From: Candidatus Mcinerneyibacteriota bacterium | GTDB taxonomy: Bacteria; Macinerneyibacteriota; Macinerneyibacteria; Macinerneyibacteriales; DSCS01 | Length of the DNA stretch: 64,000 nt | Direction of reading: 5' to 3' | NCBI GenBank assembly: GCA_016937175.1 | Contig: JAFGWL010000056.1 | Span: forward strand, 166,845 to 230,844 | Part shown: positions 8,804 to 18,260 of the stretch, one piece after another | Numbering within the stretch: the stretch's first letter is position 1 | Layout: each line of letters opens with the position of its first letter | Notes under the pieces: model-generated | Database searches by the model: none | Seen by the model: only the letters and a program-made list of their open reading frames with translations | What the model was told of the DNA's origin: nothing | Made by a program: the position numbers and the translations under genes

Positions 8804-10982
8804 CGCGTCCCTCCCTTTCCAATTGAGCTAACAGTTTAATATACCCTTTCATCTTCTCTTTGGCAACCAGAAGGGCTCTCAGGTTCTCCTCTTCCGCTTC
8901 GATGACCTGGGGGGAGGCTTTATTCAAAAATTCAAAATCAAACAGGCGGCTCCTTTTTTCGAGGATGCGTCTGTTTATCTCTTCCTTCTGCTGCTGCAAC
9001 TCCTCCATCCGCAGACTCACTCTTGATTTATCATAGACCGGGATATAGAGGCTGATCTTATCCAGCTTCATTTTCAAGCTTTTTTTGGGCATCTCCTTGG
9101 GAGTGATGTATTTGAGCTCTGTAAGACTTAAAAAACGGGTTATATAAAACATATTCCGGTTGAGGGTATCCTCCAGCCCGCCGCCGGGATTGGTTATCCA
9201 TATCTCCAGGGGTTCATCGGGCCCGATATTCAATATTGACTTTCCGTCCATGACCGTATCGATAAGATCCAGGATAAAATGGTCCCGTTCGAGTTCTTCG
9301 CTGAAGTGATAGTCCTCCCTGTAGGCCGGGATCCTTCCGGATTCCGAGATATCAGGATAAAAGGGAGCCAGACAGGTCTTAACAGCCCGGAAAACATAAA
9401 GAGAATTCCTGAAGACAGCGGGGTCCTCTTCTGCCTGAATCTTTTTGACAAAGGGATAGACACGGTGATCCAGAAGGCCCATGAGAGCTTCCAGATGCCC
9501 CAGAAAACTAAACAGGTCGCCTACTTCAAGGGATCCGGTCGCTTTCAGGATAAAATCTTCCAAGGCCGTGAGAAGCAATTTGTCGATATAAAAATCAGTC
9601 CTTATGTCCACTTCGTCCATGGCCCCTTTGATCCGTCTGGAAAAGAGCCTTTCCCACCTGTTGAGAAATGAAAGAACCTTCCTGTCGCTGAGATGGATAT
9701 CCCTGTGAAGAGCTCCATCAAGATAGGCCAGGGGAGATACTTCGGGGAAAGATTCCGGCAGGACTCCTTCTCCGGATCCCTCTCTGTATTCCAGCCCGAT
9801 GACCTTCCGGTTGTCCCCCTTTTGCCGGGGGGCGAGGATCTTTTGAAAAAAGGACAACCGGTCGGAGACGAAATCTTTTTCCTCCTCATGCAGGAGCAAA
9901 AACCTGACCGGTTGACGCCAGAGAAAGGGAAGGAGAAGATTTCGCATCCGGTCATTAAAGAGCGCCTCCTCCTTATGCGTAACTTTTGAACATGCCGGGC
10001 AGGACTTTTCATCATAAAAAAGTGTTTTACATTGCGGGCATATGCGGTATTCGATCCTGACCGGCCCCGGATGAGAGTCCGGCCAGCCTTTATGCGAAGT
10101 AAGGATCAGCGGCCCGCTTCTGGGCCGTTCAGAGGTCACTTGTTCTACTCCTTCCTCGGAGATAAAGAGATGCTCCGCCAGAAGGTTATCAGCCACTTCA
10201 TTGCAATGACGGCAGCGGGGGACTTCTATCTCCTGATCCAGAGATTGGGACAAAGCCCCGTACATACTGAGGTCTCCCAAAAGCCTCTCGGGGTCATTCC
10301 TGTAAAGGGAAAGGAGACGTGTCCGGCTTTCAGATTCTTCATCCTCTTTGTCCTCTTTCTGAAGAGTAATAAATCTTGTATAGTACTCCGGGCGTGAGAC
10401 ATCCTCTACTTTCAGGATAGGGACATGATGCCCCAGGATAGGGACGATTCCTTTTTTGTCAGCATACTTTTCCATATTCCGGACGCCGATGGCTTTGACA
10501 TTCAAAAGAGCCAGGGGATCTGTGACTGAAAAGGTCAGAGGGTCGGCAAGGGCGGTGACATTCATCCTCAATGAATAGACATGATGTCTTTCCCGGGTAA
10601 TGCGGACCTCATACCCTTCCAGGACCCTTCCGCATCCGGGGCAGAAATACCCTTTGATCAGGCCTTTACGGGGAAGCCGCCTCTTGAAGAGCTCTTTCAT
10701 GAGGCGGTTTACGAAATCATGCCGGGTCTCTTTGTCAAGGGGAAGATGAAGCTCTTCGAAGCGGATGCCGAGAAGAGTATAAAGTTTTTTTTTCAATATT
10801 TCTTTCTGATTGTTTTTGCAGAGGATAAGATCATAATAGGCCGGCTTTTCCTCCCCGAGAGAAGCAAACGCCTTGTGGAGAAAATTTCCATAGACCAGGG
10901 GATAAAGGTCACGGGCCGTGAGCCGCCTGTGGGTGACAGGCGTGTAATAGATCATGCCTTCTTTTTTGCTCTTATCAGCCAT
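8769..10982 (-). CDS. large cytoplasmic Zn-knuckle protein of unknown function; possible class I aaRS (MetRS)-like pseudo-enzyme
   Basis: 737 aa, no TM or signal peptide. Cys pairs CPGC (aa 114-117), CRHC (257-260) and CPQCKTLFYDEKSCPACS (315-331), the last resembling the MetRS Zn knuckle CPKCKSPDQYGDNCEVCG. No HIGH or KMSKS motif; C-terminal coiled-coil. Overlaps the PP2C gene by 35 nt and AMMECR1 by 8 nt. Confidence 0.55.
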   Translation of the reverse strand: MADKSKKEGMIYYTPVTHRRLTARDLYPLVYGNFLHKAFASLGEEKPAYYDLILCKNNQKEILKKKLYTLLGIRFEELHLPLDKETRHDFVNRLMKELFKRRLPRKGLIKGYFCPGCGRVLEGYEVRITRERHHVYSLRMNVTALADPLTFSVTDPLALLNVKAIGVRNMEKYADKKGIVPILGHHVPILKVEDVSRPEYYTRFITLQKEDKEDEESESRTRLLSLYRNDPERLLGDLSMYGALSQSLDQEIEVPRCRHCNEVADNLLAEHLFISEEGVEQVTSERPRSGPLILTSHKGWPDSHPGPVRIEYRICPQCKTLFYDEKSCPACSKVTHKEEALFNDRMRNLLLPFLWRQPVRFLLLHEEEKDFVSDRLSFFQKILAPRQKGDNRKVIGLEYREGSGEGVLPESFPEVSPLAYLDGALHRDIHLSDRKVLSFLNRWERLFSRRIKGAMDEVDIRTDFYIDKLLLTALEDFILKATGSLEVGDLFSFLGHLEALMGLLDHRVYPFVKKIQAEEDPAVFRNSLYVFRAVKTCLAPFYPDISESGRIPAYREDYHFSEELERDHFILDLIDTVMDGKSILNIGPDEPLEIWITNPGGGLEDTLNRNMFYITRFLSLTELKYITPKEMPKKSLKMKLDKISLYIPVYDKSRVSLRMEELQQQKEEINRRILEKRSRLFDFEFLNKASPQVIEAEEENLRALLVAKEKMKGYIKLLAQLEREGRDGGTKPVQKTP

Positions 10983-11532
10983 CCCGATCCTTTTCAGAAA
11001 AGATCTCGGCTGTAAAGGAGTAGATCTCAGTCTCGGGCCAGGAAGCAGCCTCGGGGGGGAGCCCCGCCTTCCGGCAGGTATGTCCGATAAACTCCTCCCG
11101 CCCCCAATGATACTCGACGGCTACCTGGGGCAGAAGGAGCCCTGATCTTGACCCGTTTCTGACAACGAGCCCGTCCCGTCCGGTACGTATCCCGCTCAGG
11201 TCCGTGATACGCTTCAGTGGCGACAGAAGAGAGATTTCAATGGCAACATCGTCAAGTTCCTCACGCCTGAGAGGTTCAAAACGGGGGTCGTGAAAAGCGG
11301 CTTCACGGGCTAAATGGATAACGGCGTCTTTCAACGGCTCCACTCCGGTTATAAAGCCGATGCATCCCTTTAGCTCACCGCTGAGAGTCAGAGTGACGAA
11401 AAGGCCTCTCTTTTGACTAAAAAGAGGATCTTCCAGAGGTTCGATAAAGATTCCGGGATCGAAGACAGATGCAATGCTCTGCCTTGCTCGTCTAAGAAGG
11501 GCTTGTCTCTGACCGTCCTTCAGTGTCAGCAT
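10975..11532 (-). CDS. AMMECR1-domain protein (AmmeMemoRadiSam system protein A-like)
   Basis: 185 aa with the AMMECR1 core LKGCIGF and LSPLKRI...LLLPQVA. Confidence 0.8.
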   Translation of the reverse strand: MLTLKDGQRQALLRRARQSIASVFDPGIFIEPLEDPLFSQKRGLFVTLTLSGELKGCIGFITGVEPLKDAVIHLAREAAFHDPRFEPLRREELDDVAIEISLLSPLKRITDLSGIRTGRDGLVVRNGSRSGLLLPQVAVEYHWGREEFIGHTCRKAGLPPEAASWPETEIYSFTAEIFSEKDRDG

Positions 11533-12493
11533 GCCCGGCCCCCCTCTTTGATTTCCGATGTATGAAAAAAACCACCAGGGCCCACAGGAAAAGAGCGATG
11601 ATGACGAAATTCATGATAACGCCCAGGTAGAGGTATTTCTTTTTATAGTCAAACTGCCGCTCATGTTCTTTCTTGAAGGCTTCGTCGCCGAAGCGGCACA
11701 TATATTTATGATCGGGAGCAAAGACATCAACGATGCCCTTGGCATTGTCACTCACGAAAAAATAACCGTTGTACGACGCAAGAGAGGCAGGAATATAATA
11801 TTTAGACTGAGCAGTCAAAAGAACTTCCTCAACCGGGTCATAGACATAATACCTGGCCGAGAAAAAATCCTTATCCGCGTAGAGAAAATGAAGGGCTCCC
11901 CCGTCATCTACTCCCCGGATGACGGTCCCCTCTTCAGGCAAACGGTCGAAAACTCTCTCCTCCGCCCCGCCAAGCTGACGGATGATATTACGGCCTCTCT
12001 CCGAGTAATAGATACCGCCTCTCCACTGAAAGAGGGCATAGGGCCTGACAGGTGTCTTTTGAGTCTCCAGGAGAGCCCCTTCAGAATCCAATATCTCAAT
12101 ATACTTCTCTTTAGCGGATACGCCGTAGATCTTTTTGCCGATGGCCGTGACTGTCGTGTAACGTCCGGCGGAAAAACTCTTCTGCGGGTTGAACCAGGAG
12201 TCATAGACGATAAACCGGCCATTCTCTCTGCGATAGGTCACCGGCACTCCTTCCAGAAAGAAGAAGGCATCGGGCTTGCTGCGGAATTGAAATCCCATGG
12301 ATTTCTCTCCGTTCAGTGTATACGCCTCGATGACACTTCCCTCAAGAAGATAGAGTTTATCTCCGTTGAACGCCAGGGCATCGATGCCGGGAGCTTTCAG
12401 GAAACGGTCTTTGGCGATAAAGTTGACGATAACGGCGAGGATGATAAGAGCGATGATGAGTATAGCCTGGGTGTTAAGCCTCTTCTCATTCAT
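11492..12493 (-). CDS. membrane protein, N- and C-terminal TM helices with ~270-aa Tyr/Gly-rich extracytoplasmic region
   Basis: ORF 11492-12526; likely start MNEKRL at 12493, whose ATG overlaps the TGA of the upstream small ORF (ATGA). Hydrophobic segments ILIIALIILAVIV and VIMNFVIIALFLWALVVFF. Confidence 0.55.
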   Translation of the reverse strand: MNEKRLNTQAILIIALIILAVIVNFIAKDRFLKAPGIDALAFNGDKLYLLEGSVIEAYTLNGEKSMGFQFRSKPDAFFFLEGVPVTYRRENGRFIVYDSWFNPQKSFSAGRYTTVTAIGKKIYGVSAKEKYIEILDSEGALLETQKTPVRPYALFQWRGGIYYSERGRNIIRQLGGAEERVFDRLPEEGTVIRGVDDGGALHFLYADKDFFSARYYVYDPVEEVLLTAQSKYYIPASLASYNGYFFVSDNAKGIVDVFAPDHKYMCRFGDEAFKKEHERQFDYKKKYLYLGVIMNFVIIALFLWALVVFFIHRKSKRGAGHADTEGRSETSPS

Positions 12494-12821
12494 CCCCGAC
12501 ACCGAATACTTCTTTAAGAAAATCATTCATAAGGTCTTCACTGTTATCCGAAGGAACGACCTGAGCCAATTCATCTTTTTCAGCATTTTTAATCGTGGAC
12601 ATCACCTCTTTGTGCTGTTCCACAAGCTTCTCCTCTATCTTCTTCTCGATCTTGTCCGGGTCTCCGTTAATGATCAACTTTTTTTTCTTGCTGCCGATGA
12701 TGGCCCCGTTATCGAAGATCAGGGTGACGATGGTGCTGTTGGACGGCATAAATTCCGTCTGAACATGGACCTTTCGGTTTTTAAATTCGACATCGCTGTT
12801 TCTCCCCTGAATCATGCTCAT
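12486..12821 (-). CDS. small hypothetical protein (111 aa), Lys/Glu-rich
   Basis: Complete ORF with ATGA-type coupling to rimI upstream and to the membrane protein downstream; no recognisable motif. Confidence 0.45.
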   Translation of the reverse strand: MSMIQGRNSDVEFKNRKVHVQTEFMPSNSTIVTLIFDNGAIIGSKKKKLIINGDPDKIEKKIEEKLVEQHKEVMSTIKNAEKDELAQVVPSDNSEDLMNDFLKEVFGVGDE

Positions 12822-13303
12822 TCCTCCTTGGCATGTTGGATTATATCATTTTTGCAGCCCTTTTCAAGAGTTAGTTGCATCACTAGGGCATCCTCTCCGT
12901 TATCCGTATAGTAGTTCTTGCGCAGGCCTGCGGGGACAAATCCTCTTGAGCGGTAGAGAGCCTGAGCTGCCCGGTTGCCGAGGCGGACCTCCAGCCAGAT
13001 GTTCCGTCCCCCCCGCTTTGCCATCTCTTCCAGAGCAGCATCCAGAAGTCCTCCTCCGACACCCTTTCTGCGGAAACTGGGATGAACGGCAAAATCCGCA
13101 ATATGCCCTTCATCGAACAGGACCCAGCTCAGGCAAAACCCTGCCAGGATATCCCCTTTAAACGACCCGATAAAAAAGGCGTAATCCTTTTCGAATTCAG
13201 CAGCCATCATCTCTTTGGTCCATGGGAGAGTGAAAGAGGCGGATTCGATGGCTAAGACTGCGGCCAGGTCACGTCTGTCAAGAAGACGGATTTTTCTTCT
13301 CAT
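12818..13303 (-). CDS. rimI: ribosomal-protein-alanine N-acetyltransferase RimI
   Basis: ORF 12818-13378; likely start MRRKIRLLDRRDL at 13303. GNAT motif RRKGVGGGLL; classic position after tsaB. Confidence 0.8.
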   Translation of the reverse strand: MRRKIRLLDRRDLAAVLAIESASFTLPWTKEMMAAEFEKDYAFFIGSFKGDILAGFCLSWVLFDEGHIADFAVHPSFRRKGVGGGLLDAALEEMAKRGGRNIWLEVRLGNRAAQALYRSRGFVPAGLRKNYYTDNGEDALVMQLTLEKGCKNDIIQHAKEE

Positions 13304-13979
13304 AATTGATCTCGGCATCAGAAAGCCTGCAATAATCCGGCTCCAGGGAAAGAAGATCGGACGGGCCCTCTTTTTCAAACTTCTCCAGCCCGATCCTGCC
13401 GACAGCGAAAGGATCCGTGCGCGTAAACCGACCGAGGCCTTTCACTGCACCGGGGAAAATGGAGAGAAGGGTCTCCCGGAAGGCTTCTCCCTCACCGAGA
13501 AAGGCCGGCTCCCGGGCTTTCTCCAGGACAAGCCTGAAAAAAGGCTCCGGCTCATAAGACCCTGAGGGAATGATCTCTTTAAGTTCCGCTCCGCTTTTTT
13601 CGTAGAGAGCTCCGAACACCTGGCCCTTTCTGGCGTCAAAAAGAGGGAGATAAAAACCGTCTCTGACGGCATAACTGGCGGCCAGAGCTTCAAGGGTGTT
13701 GACTCCCGTGATAGGGATTCCCAAGGCATAGGAGAGACTTTTACAAAGGGTCATCCCGATCCTGAGGCCTGTAAAAGATCCGGGTCCCCGGGCTACAGCC
13801 AGGAGCCCCACATCTTCGAGTCGGAGGCCGCTTTGGGCCAGGAGAAAATGAATCATGGGAAGAAGCTTTTCTGAATAGGTGGCTTTTACGTTAAAAGAGA
13901 TGCTCATCAGGGGGGTTCGATCGAGCAGAAGGCCTGCACTACCTAAAAAACGTGAGCTGTCGACAGCAAGAGTATACAT
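13278..13979 (-). CDS. tsaB: tRNA threonylcarbamoyladenosine biosynthesis protein TsaB (YeaZ)
   Basis: 233 aa, MYTLAVDSS...ARGPGSFTGLRIG Kae1/YeaZ fold lacking the metal site; between tsaE and rimI. Confidence 0.85.
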   Translation of the reverse strand: MYTLAVDSSRFLGSAGLLLDRTPLMSISFNVKATYSEKLLPMIHFLLAQSGLRLEDVGLLAVARGPGSFTGLRIGMTLCKSLSYALGIPITGVNTLEALAASYAVRDGFYLPLFDARKGQVFGALYEKSGAELKEIIPSGSYEPEPFFRLVLEKAREPAFLGEGEAFRETLLSIFPGAVKGLGRFTRTDPFAVGRIGLEKFEKEGPSDLLSLEPDYCRLSDAEINYEKKNPSS

Positions 13980-13982
13980 CGT

Positions 13983-14405
13983 TCACCTTTCAATCGTGAT
14001 CTCACGAGTCGTTTCATCGACCAGTTTAATAATGACCATGGCTTTATCTGTCCCCGGAGGGATCTCCGCCTTTTCGGCCCACTCGATAATGGATACAACC
14101 CCCTCTTCGAGATGCTCATCGAAACCCAGTTGAAAGAGCTCCTCAGAATCTTCGATCCGGTAGAGGTCGAAGTGGTTCACCGCTCCCCGGGAAGAGGGAT
14201 AGATGTTGAGAAGCGTAAAAGTGGGAGACCGGACTTCTTTTTCCGGGATTCCGTAAAAACGTGCCATTCCCCTGGCAAAGACGCTCTTCCCAGCTCCCAA
14301 ATCCCCATACAGGAGGACAACGGCACCCCGGGCCAGTTCACCTGCAAGCTTTTCCCCCAGGGACAGGGTATCTTCAGGAGAGCCGGATAAGAAGACTTCT
14401 TTCAT
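13983..14405 (-). CDS. tsaE: tRNA t6A ATPase TsaE (YjeE)
   Basis: 140 aa, Walker A GDLGAGKS and the YjeE signature; conserved tsaE-tsaB-rimI order. Confidence 0.85.
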   Translation of the reverse strand: MKEVFLSGSPEDTLSLGEKLAGELARGAVVLLYGDLGAGKSVFARGMARFYGIPEKEVRSPTFTLLNIYPSSRGAVNHFDLYRIEDSEELFQLGFDEHLEEGVVSIIEWAEKAEIPPGTDKAMVIIKLVDETTREITIER

Positions 14406-15841
14406 GGGATAAGATTCATTCCTTTTGATGTGACAGCCAGGACATAACCGTTATAGGCAAACAGCTTCTCTGTTCGGGAAGAGCACAGCCCGTCTTCTAC
14501 TGTCAGGACTTTAAACCGTTCAGTTTCCAGGTCGATAATATAGAGGCCTGTCTCTGTGGCGGCATAAAGCTTGCCTTCCCTTACGAGCATGTCAGAGACC
14601 CCTTCCCGCAGGGATTTGACGACCCCCGATTCGTGAGTATCGATGTCGTACCACATGATCCCCATATTCCCGCCCACATAGAGCCGGGTGCCGGCCCGGG
14701 CCATGGTATTGAGGAAATCACTGTGTAAAGAAGAGGCTGTCAGCCTTTGAAGGACCGTTCCGTCTTTTGCGGCCAGGATCAGGCGGTCTCTGTGCAGAAG
14801 GATCAGAGTCCCTTCCGTCACATCGAATTGGTCGACATTGAAAAAATCTATTCCTCGGATCTCTCTGACCTTACGGGGTTGACGGACATTGAAGGAATTG
14901 ATCCCGTATTTTGTCAGGAGATAAAGCTCTTCTCCCTCTGCCCGAAGGGAGATAATATTGTTATCCAGAAGGCCGGCATCCATCTTTACGGCTGAGCGGA
15001 AGGAAGTGCCGGCATAGACCCCGACTCCGTTGCTTCTTGTGGCCAACCAGAGACGCCCGGCAGCCCGGACAGCATCATTCAGGTTATCGTCCAGTTCAGG
15101 GACTCGGTCAAAAGAGAAAGCTCCATTTTTCAAATGGTTGATAAAAGTCCCCACAAACCAGTAACCGCCCTCTTCATCAGGCAGCACTGCTTTCAGGCCG
15201 GAGCCAAAGAGAGCTCCGTTCTCTTTTTTGACTACGGGAGAGGAGGATGAGAAGGCTGCAAGATAACCTTCTCGGGTGATGAGGACACCGTCCCCCCCCG
15301 GAAGTCCGGCATAGTCGATGACTTCCAGAGGATTTCCCGTATCGGGGTCAAGAGGCGGGAAGTCGGGTGCTTTACGATGTATGGGATGAACAGGTACCTG
15401 CAGTCCCCGGACCAGTTCGAACCGGGTCAAAAGCCATGTATAGTCACCGCCCTTCGCCCTCACAGAGATCCGCCGGTTGTCATATCCCCACTCCAGGACA
15501 GGGCCTACGGACTTCCCGATCTTCTCCCAGGAGTCATCAGCCAGGCGCCTGTAGATACCCCGGTCGGTGAAGGCCAGGACCTCACCCAGCTCTTCTGCAG
15601 CCGCTATCATATAGATATGGTGTCTTTCCAAAAGGTCTCCCGGATTCCCCGAATACTGAAAAGAACCTTCAGCTCCCCGATAGATAATAAGGCCTTTGTC
15701 GGTCCCGCAATAGACGTTAAAACTGTCAGAGGCCACATCGGTAGCCTTCTCATAAGAGATGAAAGAGAGGGCTTCCCGGGCTGCTGATGTCAGAGAAGCC
15801 GACAAGAACAGAAGGAGGAAAACCAACCATCTTCGTATCAT
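14402..15841 (-). CDS. secreted beta-propeller protein (two-component-regulator-propeller-like repeats)
   Basis: 479 aa with signal peptide MIRRWLVFLLLFLSASLTSAA; repeated blades WFVGT / LWLAT / LYAAT / LYVGG. Confidence 0.55.
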   Translation of the reverse strand: MIRRWLVFLLLFLSASLTSAAREALSFISYEKATDVASDSFNVYCGTDKGLIIYRGAEGSFQYSGNPGDLLERHHIYMIAAAEELGEVLAFTDRGIYRRLADDSWEKIGKSVGPVLEWGYDNRRISVRAKGGDYTWLLTRFELVRGLQVPVHPIHRKAPDFPPLDPDTGNPLEVIDYAGLPGGDGVLITREGYLAAFSSSSPVVKKENGALFGSGLKAVLPDEEGGYWFVGTFINHLKNGAFSFDRVPELDDNLNDAVRAAGRLWLATRSNGVGVYAGTSFRSAVKMDAGLLDNNIISLRAEGEELYLLTKYGINSFNVRQPRKVREIRGIDFFNVDQFDVTEGTLILLHRDRLILAAKDGTVLQRLTASSLHSDFLNTMARAGTRLYVGGNMGIMWYDIDTHESGVVKSLREGVSDMLVREGKLYAATETGLYIIDLETERFKVLTVEDGLCSSRTEKLFAYNGYVLAVTSKGMNLIP

Positions 15842-16404
15842 CAGAAACCTCCTGTAAAATGCTCCACACAGATTTTTAAACCGATCCCGATAAGGATCAA
15901 TCCTCCGGCGATATTGATCTTCGTCCCGAAGACCAGCCCGAAGACACGCCCGATGTAAACGGCGACCCAGCTTGTGAGGAAAGTGATTCCTCCGATTATG
16001 ACCACGGGCCAGAGAATAGAGACGTCCAGCAGAGCGAAGGTCAGCCCCAAAGCCAGGGCATCGATACTAGTGGCCACTCCCAGAGCCAGAAGGATCCCCG
16101 GTGTCAGCGAAGTCCGTTTTACGGCCTCTTCGGAAGCAAATCCTTCCCTGATCATATGCAGGCCGACTAAAAGAAGAAGGGCAAGGACGATCCAATGGTC
16201 TACAGGCTTGATCACCGGAGCCAGACTCTGCCCCGCCATCCATCCGGCTACGGGCATGGCGGCCTGAAAGAATCCGAATGTCGCAGCAATGATAAGAGGA
16301 TGCCGGAAATTGAAGAATTCCAGGCTGAAGCCATAAGCCAGGGCTACGGCAAAGGCGTCCAGGGCCAGCGAAAAAGCAATAAGGACAATATGGATGATGC
16401 TCAT
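15841..16404 (-). CDS. mntP: manganese efflux pump MntP
   Basis: 187 aa with two MntP half-domains (LALDAFAVALAYG ... ATSIDALALG). Confidence 0.85.
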   Translation of the reverse strand: MSIIHIVLIAFSLALDAFAVALAYGFSLEFFNFRHPLIIAATFGFFQAAMPVAGWMAGQSLAPVIKPVDHWIVLALLLLVGLHMIREGFASEEAVKRTSLTPGILLALGVATSIDALALGLTFALLDVSILWPVVIIGGITFLTSWVAVYIGRVFGLVFGTKINIAGGLILIGIGLKICVEHFTGGF

Positions 16405-16411
16405 AACCCTG

Positions 16412-17521
16412 CTATCCCTTTTCCCTTTGCAGATACTCGAGATATCCGAAGATAAACTGGTCGATATCGCCGTTTAGGACTGCATCGACATTCCCTGTCT
16501 CTACGCCGGTCCGGTGATCCTTGATCATCTTATAGGGATGAAGAACATAAGAGCGTATCTGGCTGCCCCAGGCATTTTCTTTTTTGGAGTTTTCTAATTT
16601 ACTCTTCTCCGCTTCCAATTTCTCCATTTCCAGCTGATAGAGCCGCGCTTTCAGCATCTTCATAGCCTGCTCTCTGTTCTGAATCTGGGAACGCTCATTT
16701 TGACACTGAACGACGATATTGGTAGGAAGGTGAGTAATACGGACCGCTGAATCGGTCATGTTGACATGCTGCCCTCCGGCTCCGGAAGCACGGAAGGTGT
16801 CGATACGCAGATCCTTTTCATTGATCTCCACCTCGATCTCTTCATCCACTTCGGGATAGACGAAGACAGAAGCAAAGGATGTGTGACGCCTCTTGTTGGA
16901 ATCAAATGGACTGATCCGGACAAGGCGATGGACACCGTTTTCAGTTTTAAGATATCCGTGTGCATAAGAGCCCTTGATATAAAGAGTCACGCTTTTGATG
17001 CCCGCTTCTTCTCCATCCTGATAGTCGATTATTTCCACACCGTATTTACGGTAATCGGCCCAATGCTGATACATCCTCATCAGCAATGAAGCCCAATCCT
17101 GGGATTCTGTCCCTCCTGCGCCGGGATGGATCTCCAGATAGGCATTGTTGGGGTCGTTTTTCCCGTTGAGCAGGCTCTGCAGCTCAGCGGCCTTCAATTC
17201 TCTTTGAAAGGTATAGATATTCTCTTCCAGCTCCCGGTTCATCCCCTCATCGGGCTCTTCTTCAAGCAAGTCGGCAAGAAGGATGATCTCTTCAAGAGCT
17301 TCTCTTATCCCAGAAAAAAGTTCCATCCTGTCTTCCAGGAGCCTCAGTTCCCGCCCCAGTTCCTTTGTCTTCTTCTGATCCGACCAGACCTCTTCCCGGG
17401 TCATCATCTCCCGGATCTCCCCGGCTCTTTTCGAGGCTGATTCAATTTTTAAGAACTCCTTCAATTTGGCCAATCTGGGAAGGGCCTCTTCTATGACACT
17501 CCTGGCTTCAAAGATCTCCAT
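16412..17521 (-). CDS. prfB: peptide chain release factor 2
   Basis: 369 aa in one continuous frame; GGQ motif (SGAGGQHVNMTDSAVRITHLPT) and RF2 SPF tripeptide (RISPFDS). Confidence 0.9.
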   Translation of the reverse strand: MEIFEARSVIEEALPRLAKLKEFLKIESASKRAGEIREMMTREEVWSDQKKTKELGRELRLLEDRMELFSGIREALEEIILLADLLEEEPDEGMNRELEENIYTFQRELKAAELQSLLNGKNDPNNAYLEIHPGAGGTESQDWASLLMRMYQHWADYRKYGVEIIDYQDGEEAGIKSVTLYIKGSYAHGYLKTENGVHRLVRISPFDSNKRRHTSFASVFVYPEVDEEIEVEINEKDLRIDTFRASGAGGQHVNMTDSAVRITHLPTNIVVQCQNERSQIQNREQAMKMLKARLYQLEMEKLEAEKSKLENSKKENAWGSQIRSYVLHPYKMIKDHRTGVETGNVDAVLNGDIDQFIFGYLEYLQREKG

Positions 17522-17524
17522 GTC

Positions 17525-18205
17525 CTACTCCTTCGCCCCTTGGCGCATCTCTTTTTGAAGATGGTTCAGCACCGTGCTGTAGTTTTTGTTTTCCGGTTCA
17601 CACTCTACCGCCATAGAGACTTCTCTGATCCCTTGCTCCCGTTCCCCCGATTGATAAAGGAGCATCCCGTAGAGATAGTGGGCCAGGGCATTTTTCTGAT
17701 TGACGCCCACCGCTTCCTTATAAGCTTTTCTGGCCTTTTCCGTCTCGCCATTGCGGGCTGCTTCAGCGCCCTTTTCAGTCAGTTCCAGGGACCTGACATA
17801 GGCCGTCCTCCATTCTTTATTGAAGACTTTGTCCCGCCTTTTCTGAATAAAATAGTTAAAGGGCTCCACTTCAAGAGCCAGGCTGACCGCCTCTTCAGCC
17901 TTTTTCCAGGCCTTCTGCCGCAAATAGACTTCTGAAAGAAGGGAAAAACTGGCGATGCTTTTGGGATTCATACGGGTAGCCTTGAGAAAATACTCTTCAG
18001 CTTTCTCCAGGTTTTTCTCTTCGAAATAGATCGTTGCAATATTATGAAAGATCATATAGTTGACCAGCCTGTTCTCTTCAAGCTGAAGGTAAAGGGCCTT
18101 TGCCCGGCTGTGATCTCCCTTACGAAGCGCTTCATTGGCTTTGCCCGTCAGGCGTCTGGCTTTGAGCAGCTTGGGATACAAAGCCAGTTTTTTTATAAAT
18201 TTCAT
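17525..18205 (-). CDS. TPR-repeat protein
   Basis: 226 aa with several 34-residue TPR units (AKALYLQLEEN..., AEEYFLKATRMNP..., AYKEAVGVNQKNALAHYLYG). Confidence 0.7.
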   Translation of the reverse strand: MKFIKKLALYPKLLKARRLTGKANEALRKGDHSRAKALYLQLEENRLVNYMIFHNIATIYFEEKNLEKAEEYFLKATRMNPKSIASFSLLSEVYLRQKAWKKAEEAVSLALEVEPFNYFIQKRRDKVFNKEWRTAYVRSLELTEKGAEAARNGETEKARKAYKEAVGVNQKNALAHYLYGMLLYQSGEREQGIREVSMAVECEPENKNYSTVLNHLQKEMRQGAKE

Positions 18206-18232
18206 GGTCCCTCCCTTATTTGGTCTAAAAGG

Positions 18233-18260
18233 ATGATACCCTTTTAAGGCTCTTTTTCAA
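18233..18260 (-). promoter_or_regulatory. sigma70-like promoter for the TPR-prfB-mntP-tsaE... operon
   Basis: Minus strand reads AAATAAC-TTGAAA-N16-TATCAT, then AGGGAGGG SD and the ATG at 18205. Confidence 0.5.

Noticed and set aside
11558-12517. 319-aa plus-strand ORF
   Set aside because: Antisense to the coupled small-protein/membrane-protein genes; low-complexity translation; no start context.
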